Source: an uncultured Chloroflexia bacterium (GTDB taxonomy: Bacteria > Chloroflexota > Limnocylindria > Limnocylindrales > CSP1-4). Taken from it: a stretch of 64,000 nucleotides of DNA. The stretch spans positions 1,131,599-1,195,598 of the forward strand of contig CAWFCG010000003.1 in NCBI GenBank assembly GCA_963814315.1. Reading direction: 5' to 3'. Below the pieces are notes generated by a model. The model ran no database searches and was not told the DNA's origin. It worked only from the letters and a program-made list of their open reading frames with translations. Of this stretch, positions 44,561 to 53,544 are shown piece after piece. Within the stretch, counting starts at the first letter, position 1. The number at the start of each line of letters is the position of its first letter. The translations under genes were made by a program, and so were the position numbers.

Positions 44561-47290
44561 ATGCCGAGACTGCCCCGCGCGGGCTGGCTGGCTGTGGGTG
44601 CTATCGGCGCGGCACTGCTGAGCGAGGGTGGATCGTTCGCGCTGCCGTTGCCGCCGTGGGTCGGACTCGTCCTGTCCGCGGTCCTGCTCGCCGTCGGCAT
44701 CGGGGCCGCGGTGCTGCGGCGAGGACCCCTGGCAGCGCTGTGCCTGGCGAGTGGCTCGGTCTGGCTGCGGGCAGCCGCGGCGAGCGTCCTTGCGGGCTCG
44801 GCGTTGGCAGCATCGGTCCTGCCCATCGGCAGCGGTGCCTGGGACGCCGTCGTCACCGACGTCTCCGCGCCCAATGGCGCCGAGCAGCGCGCCTTCGTGC
44901 GCCTGGAGACCGACGCCGACAGCGGCGGCGGCGGGCCGCTCCTCTATGCCTGGTTGCCACGGTATCCGGCGCTGATCCCCGGCGACCGCATCTCCGTCCG
45001 TGGCACGATCGCGGCCGCCCCGACCGACGCGCCAGGCTTCGCCGGCTTCCTCGAATCGCACGGCGCGGCAGGCACACTTAAGGCGCGTGAGCTGGCGCTG
45101 ACCGCAGCTGGTGGTGGCTTCACCGCTTCGGTCGAGCAGTTTCGTTGGGGCATCGACGAGGCCCTTTCGCAGGCTATCCCGGAACCGGAGGCCGGTCTCG
45201 CCGCGGGCATCCTCATCGGCCTGCGTGAGCGCGTGAGTCGGGCGGTCGCAGATGACTTCACCACCACCGGCCTGACCCACGTCGTCGCCATCAGCGGCTG
45301 GAACATCGCGCTCGTGGCCGGCATCGCCACGGCACTGTTGCGCGCCACCGGACTCGCGCGGCGGCCCCGCAGCGCCATCGTCGTCGCGGCCATCGTGGTC
45401 TACACCATCCTCGCGGGCGCCGAGGCCAGCGTGATCCGCGCCGCGGTGATGGGTGTGGTGGTCCTCATCGCACGGGAAGGTGGCCGCCCCTCGGGGGCAG
45501 CGGCAGCGTTGGGCCTTGCCTGCTGGGGATTGCTGCTGGTAGAGCCGCGGATGATCGATGACATCGGGCTGCAACTTTCGCTGGCCGCGACTGCCGGACT
45601 GCTGGCCTTGGGCAGCCACGCCGAGTCAGCGGTGCGACACATCACGCGCGGCCGCGCACCGCGCTGGCTGGCGGAGACGCTGGGTGTGTCGCTGGCGGCC
45701 CAGCTGACGACGCTGCCGCTCATCCTGCTGCACTTCGGCCGGCTCTCGATCATCTCGCCGCTAGCCAACGTCCTGGTGGCACCGGTCGTCCCGTTGGCGA
45801 TGCTTGGTGCCGCGGTCGGCGTCCTGCTGGGTCCGGCGCTTGGCATCGCACCGTTCATGAGCCTGCTCCTGGCGCCGTTGCTGCTGGGGTCCTGGCTGCC
45901 ACTGGCGGCGATGACCCGCGGAGCCGGACTGTTGGCGGATGTCCCGCTAGCCAACGTCGAGCTGGGCCAACCCTTCGATCTGGTGTCGGCCGCCCTCGCG
46001 ACCCTCGCGCTCACGGCCGCACTGCGAGCAGCCCGAAGACGGCCGACGCACGGCCAGTCAGCGCCGGCAGCGGTCCCGACAGCGCCCACGACCCCGCCCC
46101 ACGCGCACCGGCGTCGTCGGGTCGCGGCGGTGGCGCTGTCCACCATCCTCGTCGCTGCGGTCTCGGTCGTCCTGATCGCCCGTCCCCTGCCCGGTCTGCA
46201 GGTCAGCGTGCTCGATATCGGCCAGGGCGATGCCATCCTGCTGCAGGCATCGGATGGCAGCCGCATGCTCGTCGATGGCGGCCCCGACCCTGATCTCCTG
46301 GTGCGCCGGCTCGACGAGCAGATCCCCATCTGGGATCGCAGCATCGACCTGGTTGTCCTGACCCACCCCCACGAGGACCACGCCGGCGGCCTCGCCGGCC
46401 TGGCACCACGCTACAAGATCCGCAGGATCGCCGAGACCGGCATGCCCAGCACGGGATCGGGCGTCACCGGCCTCCGGGCGATCGCGGCCCAAGGCGGCAT
46501 CGCGCGCGTCCGGCTGGTCGCCGGCGACGTGGTGCCTCTCGGCGACGCGCGAGCGGAGGTGCTGTGGCCAACGCGCGAGGCCATCCCTGATCACACAATG
46601 TCAGACGGTCGCGCCATCAACGGCACCTCCATCGTGCTCGCGGTCAGCCTTGGAGAGCAACGTGTGCTGCTCACGGGTGACGCGGAGGACGACCACGACG
46701 CTGACATCGCCGCGGCCATCCCGCACGATGGTCGGCGCTGGGACCTGCTGAAGGTGGCACATCACGGTAGCGCCACGGCTTCAAGCCGATCGTTGCTGGA
46801 GACGCTACGTCCCCGGCTGGCAGCCATCAGCTCGGGCGTAGGCAACTCGTATGGCCACCCGACGCCGGCGACGCTCCAGCGTCTCCACGATGTCGGAGCT
46901 CGAGTGTGGCGCACCGACGAGCAGGGCACGCTCACGATCGACCTCGACGGTCGAACGCGTTCAGCGACAGCGATGCTCGCCGGGCCGCCACGGCCGCCCA
47001 GATGCGTCGCCGACCCGGTCATCGGCCCCCTGCCCTCGGCTCATGGTCGCGACCCCTGCTACGCTCGACTCGATGGCAGTACCCACTCGAACCGAAGCGC
47101 TCGCACTGCTGCTGTCCACCTCGCCCTCTCCACGCCTGCTGCAACACATGACCGTGGTGGCGGAGGTGGCCTCGTTCCTGGCCTATCGAGCCACGCAGGC
47201 GGGCGTCGGATTGGACCGACGCCTGGTCGAGACAGCCGCGCTCCTCCACGACGTGGACAAGACGCTGCCGATGGGGCATCCGCTGCGTGA
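44561..47290 (+). CDS. comEC: ComEC/Rec2 DNA internalisation channel with a C-terminal MBL domain (3' end uncertain)
   Basis: Multi-TM competence domain (THVVAISGWNIALV) and MBL motif (LTHPHEDHAGG ... KVAHHGS). After ...TDEQGTLTIDLDG the frame runs on about 90 codons as low-complexity sequence overlapping the HD gene. Confidence 0.85.
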   Translation: MPRLPRAGWLAVGAIGAALLSEGGSFALPLPPWVGLVLSAVLLAVGIGAAVLRRGPLAALCLASGSVWLRAAAASVLAGSALAASVLPIGSGAWDAVVTDVSAPNGAEQRAFVRLETDADSGGGGPLLYAWLPRYPALIPGDRISVRGTIAAAPTDAPGFAGFLESHGAAGTLKARELALTAAGGGFTASVEQFRWGIDEALSQAIPEPEAGLAAGILIGLRERVSRAVADDFTTTGLTHVVAISGWNIALVAGIATALLRATGLARRPRSAIVVAAIVVYTILAGAEASVIRAAVMGVVVLIAREGGRPSGAAAALGLACWGLLLVEPRMIDDIGLQLSLAATAGLLALGSHAESAVRHITRGRAPRWLAETLGVSLAAQLTTLPLILLHFGRLSIISPLANVLVAPVVPLAMLGAAVGVLLGPALGIAPFMSLLLAPLLLGSWLPLAAMTRGAGLLADVPLANVELGQPFDLVSAALATLALTAALRAARRRPTHGQSAPAAVPTAPTTPPHAHRRRRVAAVALSTILVAAVSVVLIARPLPGLQVSVLDIGQGDAILLQASDGSRMLVDGGPDPDLLVRRLDEQIPIWDRSIDLVVLTHPHEDHAGGLAGLAPRYKIRRIAETGMPSTGSGVTGLRAIAAQGGIARVRLVAGDVVPLGDARAEVLWPTREAIPDHTMSDGRAINGTSIVLAVSLGEQRVLLTGDAEDDHDADIAAAIPHDGRRWDLLKVAHHGSATASSRSLLETLRPRLAAISSGVGNSYGHPTPATLQRLHDVGARVWRTDEQGTLTIDLDGRTRSATAMLAGPPRPPRCVADPVIGPLPSAHGRDPCYARLDGSTHSNRSARTAAVHLALSTPAATHDRGGGGGLVPGLSSHAGGRRIGPTPGRDSRAPPRRGQDAADGASAA

Positions 47291-47705
47291 ACTCGGTCAC
47301 GGAGCCGCTGGAGCAGCATGGCTCTGTGCAGCTGGACACGCCGAGCTGGCACGGACAGTGCAAGCGCATCCGGTGTCGCGTCTAGGCGAGGCCGACGCCG
47401 CCCACTGGGTGGCCGAGGCACCCATCGAAGAGCGCATCGTGAGCTATGCCGACAAGCGCGCCACACAGCGGGTCGTATCGCTGGATCAACGCTTCGATCG
47501 CTGGCGCAAGCGACACCCCGAGTTCCGCGAAGGACTCGACCGAGCCTTCAACATGGCACAGAGGCTGGAGGCCGAGCTGTGCACGACCATCGGCGTGGCA
47601 CCGACCGCAGTCGAGCGACTACGTTGGGTCGACGATGCCCTGGAACGTGCTGAGGCCCATGGACACCTGCCCGAACTCGCCTCCTCCGATATCTCCGCCG
47701 CATGA
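47073..47705 (+). CDS. HD-domain phosphohydrolase
   Basis: MAVPTRTEALALLL...LQHMTVVAEVA...AALLHDVDK (H...HD). Alternative ATG at 47043. Its stop overlaps the holA ATG (ATGA). Confidence 0.75.
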   Translation: MAVPTRTEALALLLSTSPSPRLLQHMTVVAEVASFLAYRATQAGVGLDRRLVETAALLHDVDKTLPMGHPLRELGHGAAGAAWLCAAGHAELARTVQAHPVSRLGEADAAHWVAEAPIEERIVSYADKRATQRVVSLDQRFDRWRKRHPEFREGLDRAFNMAQRLEAELCTTIGVAPTAVERLRWVDDALERAEAHGHLPELASSDISAA

Positions 47706-48808
47706 CTCAGGCGCCACCACTGGCCTACTTCTGGGGCGAGGACGCTTTCAGCATCGAACGGGCTGCACGTACCTTCGCGGAACGCCTGTCGCCGCCGGGC
47801 GAGTCCATGGAGGTCTGGCGCGCCAACCTCGATGACGATGCTGGCGAGCAGGGTGCCTCGGCATCGTCAGCCAAACGACGGGCGTGGGCGCTCGACGGCA
47901 TCGAGCAGCACCTGGGCATGGCACCACTGTTCGGGGCCGGCACCCTGGTGGTCGTCCGCCAACCGGCTGGCCTGCTCGCCGAGAAAGCGGCACGAGAACG
48001 CCTGCTGGCGTTCGTGGGCGCGGTCCCGCCCGGCAATGCCCTGTGTGTCACGGACCTGGTCGCCAGCGGCGCCAGGGTTCCGGCGGCGCGAGGTGTCCTT
48101 CACGACGCCATCCGTGACGCCGGCGGGGTGGTGCAGGAGTTCAAGGTGCCCGGCCCGGGGCAACTGGAACCGTGGCTCGTGAAACGTGCCACGGAGCTGG
48201 GCATCGAGTTGCAACCGGCCGCCGCGCGTCTGCTTGCCGAGCGAGTCGGCGGCCACGTCCGCGAGACCGACGTCGATCGCCGCCGACGCACGGAGATGGC
48301 CAACGCCGAGCTGGAGAAGCTGGCGCTTTATCGGCCCGACGGCAGCATCAACGCAGACGATGTGGCGGCGCTGGTCAGCGAGACGATCCCGGGATCGATG
48401 TGGGCCTTCCTCGACGCGGTCGGCGCGCGCTCAGGAGCGGAGGCGGCCGGGCTTGCCGAACGCCTCCTGATCGATGGCACGCCACTGCCGGTGCTGGTGT
48501 CACAGCTGCATCGCCGGCTACGCGACCTGCTGCTGGTCCGCGAGCACCTTGACGTTGGATCGCGGCCGCCAGAGATCGTCAAGGCGCTCAAGCTGCAGCC
48601 GTTCCGTGCGCAGAAGCTCGCCGAGCAGGCCCGCTACTGGTCGCTGCCCGCGCTGGAGGCAGCCCTCGTGGAACTGCTGGCGCTGGATCTGCGATCCAAA
48701 GGCATCTCGCTCGATGGCTCGACGCTCCAGGTATCGGAGGCCATCGACGCCTTGACCGTCCAGACCTGGATCTCACGCTACGCAATCGCGGCCAGCCAGC
48801 GGGAGTAG
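47702..48808 (+). CDS. holA: DNA polymerase III subunit delta
   Basis: 368 aa with a HolA-like N-terminus (LAYFWGEDAFSIERAARTF). Conserved position after comEC. Confidence 0.8.
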   Translation: MTQAPPLAYFWGEDAFSIERAARTFAERLSPPGESMEVWRANLDDDAGEQGASASSAKRRAWALDGIEQHLGMAPLFGAGTLVVVRQPAGLLAEKAARERLLAFVGAVPPGNALCVTDLVASGARVPAARGVLHDAIRDAGGVVQEFKVPGPGQLEPWLVKRATELGIELQPAAARLLAERVGGHVRETDVDRRRRTEMANAELEKLALYRPDGSINADDVAALVSETIPGSMWAFLDAVGARSGAEAAGLAERLLIDGTPLPVLVSQLHRRLRDLLLVREHLDVGSRPPEIVKALKLQPFRAQKLAEQARYWSLPALEAALVELLALDLRSKGISLDGSTLQVSEAIDALTVQTWISRYAIAASQRE

Positions 48809-48864
48809 GAGGCATCCACGCGGCATTCCCGTCCCACCGCGCGGCCGTCTGGCTAGCCCTGCTG

Positions 48865-49788
48865 GTGACGGTCCTGTGGAGCTCTTCGTGGGTGCTCATC
48901 CGCTGGGGCATGGACGACGAAGCACTGCCGCCGGTGACCTTTGCGGCACTCCGCTACGGCCTGGCCGCCATCGTGCTGGTCGGCTGGGTCATCCTGCGAT
49001 ACGGGCGGCAACGACACGAGTACCGCGTCGACCGCGGCCTCGTCACGCGTCTGGTGCTGCTGGGTGTGGTGATGTACGCGTTGGCACAGGGCGCCATCTT
49101 CGTGGCACTCGACCGACAGCCAGCGGCCACCACCAGCCTGGTGTTGGCGATGACCCCGCTGTTGGTGGCTGGCGGCGCCGCGATCACGCTGAACGAGGTC
49201 CCCACGCGCTGGCAGCTCATCGGAGTCGTCCTCGTGGCCGTGGGTGCCTTCTTCTACCTCGCGGGAGACCTCGGGGCCAGTCTCGCCGGCATGGCCGCCG
49301 CACTCGTAGCCTTGTGTGCCAACGTGGCGGCGTCTCTCCTTGGCCGTAGCGTCAACCGTGAAGGTCGGCTGCCCGCACCGGTCATCACTGCTACCAGCAT
49401 GGCCGTCGGTGCGGGCGCTCTCGTGTTCATCGGAGTCGGCCTTGAGGGCATCCCGGACGTCTCGCCCAAGGGCTGGCTGATCATCGCCTGGCTGGCGGTC
49501 GTCAACACGGCGCTTGCGTTCACGCTGTGGAACGTTTCGCTACAGCGCCTGACGGCCACTGAATCGGCCGGCCTCAACAACACCATGCTGCTCCAGATCG
49601 CGCTGCTGGCCTGGATCTTCCTGGGCGAGGCGCCTGGGGCCTGGGGGCTGGTCGGTATCGCCTTCGTCTCAGCCGGTGTCTACATGGTCCAGGCCACCAA
49701 CTGGTCGAGGGTCCGTCGGCACGCAGACGCCGAGGAGCACAAGGTTCAAACAGCCAAGAGGGCGGGAGAGAGGTCAGCGTCGGACTGA
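48865..49788 (+). CDS. EamA/DMT-family transporter (start uncertain)
   Basis: Ten hydrophobic helices in two EamA-like halves. The first helix seems to begin upstream of GTG 48865, in a stretch with no canonical start codon. Confidence 0.75.
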   Translation: MTVLWSSSWVLIRWGMDDEALPPVTFAALRYGLAAIVLVGWVILRYGRQRHEYRVDRGLVTRLVLLGVVMYALAQGAIFVALDRQPAATTSLVLAMTPLLVAGGAAITLNEVPTRWQLIGVVLVAVGAFFYLAGDLGASLAGMAAALVALCANVAASLLGRSVNREGRLPAPVITATSMAVGAGALVFIGVGLEGIPDVSPKGWLIIAWLAVVNTALAFTLWNVSLQRLTATESAGLNNTMLLQIALLAWIFLGEAPGAWGLVGIAFVSAGVYMVQATNWSRVRRHADAEEHKVQTAKRAGERSASD

Positions 49789-49792
49789 CGCG

Positions 49793-50059
49793 TCAGACCG
49801 GGAACTGCGTTGCCCGCTCCTGGACCACACCGTCCGACTCGATGGCGAAGACGCAGCGGCCATCGGGGATATCCAGCACCTCCAGCAGGTCGGGATCGAG
49901 GTAGAGCTGGTGGCAATCGGAGCACAATGCGGCCGGGATGGCGAAGCACAAGCGCTCGTCGCCATCCGGCATACGGAACGTAGTGTCGAAGCGCGAGTTG
50001 ACCAGCTGGCGCTGGCACTGCGGACAGTCGTCCCGTAGCCACGTCATCGTTCGCATCAT
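49793..50059 (-). CDS. Small CxxC...CxxC zinc-finger protein of unknown function
   Basis: 88 aa with CPQC and CSDC pairs about 35 residues apart. Confidence 0.5.
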   Translation of the reverse strand: MMRTMTWLRDDCPQCQRQLVNSRFDTTFRMPDGDERLCFAIPAALCSDCHQLYLDPDLLEVLDIPDGRCVFAIESDGVVQERATQFPV

Positions 50060-50197
50060 CCTTCGGCTCGACGACCGGCCGGTCCGGTCGACTCAGGAAC
50101 AACGATGCTACGGACGCGACCCAGCTACCCCCATGCCCCGGTGGTACCACGACCCGTTACCCGGTTGGGGCAGCGCGGTCGGCGACCGGGTGCTGGG

Positions 50198-50785
50198 CTA
50201 CACGACATGGAGCAGCAGGGCGGCTTGCGACCAGAGCTTCTCAAGCTGGTAGAACTCGCGCTCGGGCTTGCTCATCACGTGGACGATGGCACCCCCGAAG
50301 TCGACCAGGATCCAATGAGAGCTGGCGTCTCCCTCGCGGCTGATGGGTGCGTCGCCGTCTTCCTTGAGCCCTTCGATGATGCCGTCGGCGATGGCTGCAA
50401 GCTGGCGGTCCGAGGCACCGGAACAGATGACGAAGTAGTCGGTCATGGTGGTCTGGCCACGTACATCCAGCAGCACGATGTCAGAGGCCTTCTTGTCGGC
50501 CGCCAGATCCACGATGCGATGTGCCATCGCCAGGACCGACTCGTCTACCGCATCGACGACGATGGGCCCGCTACGCTCATCGTCGGCAGCACTTCGGCTT
50601 GAGGGTAGGCCGGGCCGAGCTGCCGCACGCGGGTCGGGCGCACGCTTGTCGACTTCTGTCAGCTCGTTTGCCGTCAACTCACTCTCGGTCGGATCGCTCT
50701 CGGTCGGATCGCTTGCCGCGGTGGCCTGCTCGTCATCCAATGCTCTCGGTTCCTCATGTTCGGGTTGGTCTTCTCGCATCATCAC
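50198..50785 (-). CDS. rsfS: Ribosome silencing factor RsfS with an ~80-aa acidic N-terminal extension
   Basis: C-terminal core DIVLLDVRGQTTMTDYFVICSGASDRQLAAIADGI...WILVDFGGAIVHVM...REFYQLEKLW. 4-nt overlap with the upstream gene. Confidence 0.85.
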   Translation of the reverse strand: MMMREDQPEHEEPRALDDEQATAASDPTESDPTESELTANELTEVDKRAPDPRAAARPGLPSSRSAADDERSGPIVVDAVDESVLAMAHRIVDLAADKKASDIVLLDVRGQTTMTDYFVICSGASDRQLAAIADGIIEGLKEDGDAPISREGDASSHWILVDFGGAIVHVMSKPEREFYQLEKLWSQAALLLHVV

Positions 50786-51492
50786 GCCTCAGCTCCAGCC
50801 AGGGCCCAGCGTGCCGCTGCCTGTGCGTGCAGCGCCGTGGTAGGGAAATAGGGTACGTCCACCTCGCCCGGACCCACCAGCAGCTCGATCTCCGTGCAGC
50901 CGGCGATGACACCGCCGGCACCACGATCCACCAGACGAGTGATGGCGCGGAGGTAGCCCGCCCGTGACTCTGGCCTGATGACGCCTTGGACCAGTTCATC
51001 GTAGATGACATCGTGGATCAGGCTGCGGTCGGGCTCGTCGGGGATCATGACCCGTAAGCCACTGCGCTCCAGGCGCGCACGGTAGAAGTCACCCTCCATC
51101 GTGTAACGCGTGCCCAGCAGCGCCACATCCTCGACGCCAGCCTCGCGGACCGCGGCTGCGGTGGCGTCGGCCAGATGCAGGAAGGGCACGTCGATGGCAG
51201 CCTCGATGGCGTCGGCACAACGGTGCATGGTGTTGGTGCAGAGCACGATGAGCCCAGCGCCGGCGTCCTGCAGGTGCCGAGCATCCGCCGCCAGCAACGC
51301 TCCCGCGCCATCCCAGTCGCCCTCAGCCTGTAGTCGCTCGATGTCGCCGAAGTCGTAGGAGCGGACCAGCAGACTGGCCGACCGGACCCCACCCAGGGCG
51401 CGTCGTACCTCGCGGTTGATGATGCGCTCGTACTCGATCGACGATTCCCAGCTCATACCCCCAAGCAGGCCGATGGTGCGCAGATCACTCAT
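50782..51492 (-). CDS. Aspartate/glutamate racemase family protein
   Basis: IGLLGGMSWEST-like N-terminus and two catalytic Cys contexts (LCTNTMH, AGCTEIELL). Confidence 0.85.
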   Translation of the reverse strand: MSDLRTIGLLGGMSWESSIEYERIINREVRRALGGVRSASLLVRSYDFGDIERLQAEGDWDGAGALLAADARHLQDAGAGLIVLCTNTMHRCADAIEAAIDVPFLHLADATAAAVREAGVEDVALLGTRYTMEGDFYRARLERSGLRVMIPDEPDRSLIHDVIYDELVQGVIRPESRAGYLRAITRLVDRGAGGVIAGCTEIELLVGPGEVDVPYFPTTALHAQAAARWALAGAEA

Positions 51493-52217
51493 GTCCGCCC
51501 TCCCCCGTCGTGATTGGGCTGCTGTGCTTCGACATACAGCCGCTCAGCCTTGATGTACTGCGCGACCGCCGCCGGTACCAGGTCATCGATGGGCAAGCCC
51601 GCGCGGACGCGCTCACGGATGGTCGTCGACGCGATGTCCAGCTCAGGCCCGGGCAGGAAGGCGAAGCGATCCTCGCGACCTGGGTAGTGGGTCATCACCC
51701 AATCACCGTCGAGCGGTTCGGCGCCAGGTCGTGGTGCCACCGCGATGCGACACAGATCCAGGATACGATCGGGCTGGCGCCACTCGTGGAAATCATCGAG
51801 TACCTCTGCCGAGAGCACGAACCAAGGCTCAGGACGCCCCTCGCGCCGCGAGCGCGAGGCCAGATCGGCCACGGTATCGACCGCGTAGCTGGGCCCAGGC
51901 CGCTCAAGTTCAAGGCGCGAGAGCAGGAATGACGGCTCACTCGCGATGGCCAGCGCTACCATGGCTTCGCGGTGGACGGCCGCGGTGACGTCCCGGTCCT
52001 GCTTGTGGGGTGGGTCGGCATTGGGCACGAAGAGCACGTGCGCAAGATCCAGCTCGGTCCACGCCTCACGTGCCAGGGCAAGATGACCCTGGTGGACGGG
52101 ATCGAACGTGCCACCCAGGATCCCGATGGCTCGAGTCGCGGCACCTCCCGAAACAGCGGCCTCCGAAACAGCGGCCTCCGAAGACGAACCGCGCGACGGC
52201 TCGTCGCTCAAACCCAA
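51489..52217 (-). CDS. nadD: Nicotinate-nucleotide adenylyltransferase
   Basis: IGILGGTFDPVHQGHL (HxGH) and a PPHK motif. Confidence 0.9.
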   Translation of the reverse strand: MGLSDEPSRGSSSEAAVSEAAVSGGAATRAIGILGGTFDPVHQGHLALAREAWTELDLAHVLFVPNADPPHKQDRDVTAAVHREAMVALAIASEPSFLLSRLELERPGPSYAVDTVADLASRSRREGRPEPWFVLSAEVLDDFHEWRQPDRILDLCRIAVAPRPGAEPLDGDWVMTHYPGREDRFAFLPGPELDIASTTIRERVRAGLPIDDLVPAAVAQYIKAERLYVEAQQPNHDGGGRT

Positions 52218-53512
52218 GCTCCGGGCTCAGCTCCCCACTCCAGCTCCGTCTCACCGATGCGCACCATATCGCCGGACTTGACCCCCGCCACACGCAGCTT
52301 CTCGACCAGGCCCAGCTTGACCAGCTCACGCTGGAAGCGAGAGGCAGATTCGTCGTTCTCGAAGTCGGTCTGTGCCACGAGGCGTTCCACGCGCCGTCCC
52401 TCGACGATCCAAACGCCGTCGGATTCGCGCGCGATGATGAAGCCCTCCTGCGCCGGATCGTAACGATGCACCACCACGCCGGCCGCCTCGCCCGGGCCAC
52501 TCAGTAGCTCAGCGTCAGGCAGGAGGCGCGCCAAGGCTGAGCGCAACTCCCGCAGCCCGATCCTGTCAGCCGCCGAGATCTGCACGACCTCAAGATCCTC
52601 GTGGAGACGCGCCTCGTTGAAGGCCCGCAGCAGCTCCATATCGGGATCGAGGTCCATCTTGTTGGCCGCCACCAGCGTGGTCTTCTCCAGCAGCGCCGGA
52701 TCGCGCGCCTCCAGCTCGTCGCGGATGATCTGGTAGTCACGCTCAGGATCGTCGGCGGACATGTCCACGACGTGCACCAACACCCGTGTGCGCTCCACAT
52801 GACGCAGGAAGGCGTGGCCAAGCCCGGCACCGGCGCTGGCGCCCTCGATGAGTCCTGGCAGGTCGGCCAGCGTGGGTCGACGCTCATCGGTGGGATCATC
52901 GACGGCCAAGTCCAGCACGCCCAGGTTGGGCTCCAGCGTGGTGAAGGGGTAGTCGGCCACCTTGGGCGTGGCAGCGGTCAACGCCCGCAGCAACGTGGAC
53001 TTGCCGGCATTGGGCAAGCCGACCAGGCCCACGTCAGCGATGAGTCGCAGCTCCAGGCGCAGGCGGCGCTCCTCCCCGGGTTCGCCCTTCTGGGCATGTT
53101 TGGGCGCCTGGTGCGTGGACGTCGCGAAGTGTGTGTTGCCCAGACCGCCACGTCCGGCGCGAGCGACCATGACCCGCTGTCCGGGATAGACCAGGTCAGC
53201 CATGAGGTCACCACTGGCGGCATCGAAGACGACCGTACCTGGCGGGACTGCCAGCTCCAGGTCATCGCCGGCCTTGCCGTGGCGGCGCGAACGCTGGCCG
53301 GCGCTACCGTGCTGGGCCCGGAAGTGATGCTTGTAGCGAAAGTCGACCAGCATCGTCTGGCCCACATCCACCACCAGGTAGACGGAGCCGCCGCGGCCAC
53401 CGTCGCCACCGTCGGGACCACCGCGAGGCACATGGGCCTCACGACGGAAGGTGGCGGCACCGTTGCCGCCGTTGCCGGCGCTGACGGTCAGGTCGACGCG
53501 GTCGAGGAACAT
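52208..53512 (-). CDS. obg: GTPase Obg/CgtA
   Basis: MFLDRVDLTVSAGNGGNG Obg fold, G domain GLPNAGKST / DLPGLIEGA / NKMD, C-terminal OCT-like domain. Confidence 0.95.
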   Translation of the reverse strand: MFLDRVDLTVSAGNGGNGAATFRREAHVPRGGPDGGDGGRGGSVYLVVDVGQTMLVDFRYKHHFRAQHGSAGQRSRRHGKAGDDLELAVPPGTVVFDAASGDLMADLVYPGQRVMVARAGRGGLGNTHFATSTHQAPKHAQKGEPGEERRLRLELRLIADVGLVGLPNAGKSTLLRALTAATPKVADYPFTTLEPNLGVLDLAVDDPTDERRPTLADLPGLIEGASAGAGLGHAFLRHVERTRVLVHVVDMSADDPERDYQIIRDELEARDPALLEKTTLVAANKMDLDPDMELLRAFNEARLHEDLEVVQISAADRIGLRELRSALARLLPDAELLSGPGEAAGVVVHRYDPAQEGFIIARESDGVWIVEGRRVERLVAQTDFENDESASRFQRELVKLGLVEKLRVAGVKSGDMVRIGETELEWGAEPGAWV

Positions 53513-53544
53513 CGCTCTGGCAGTGGCACGACCGACTGGTCGAG

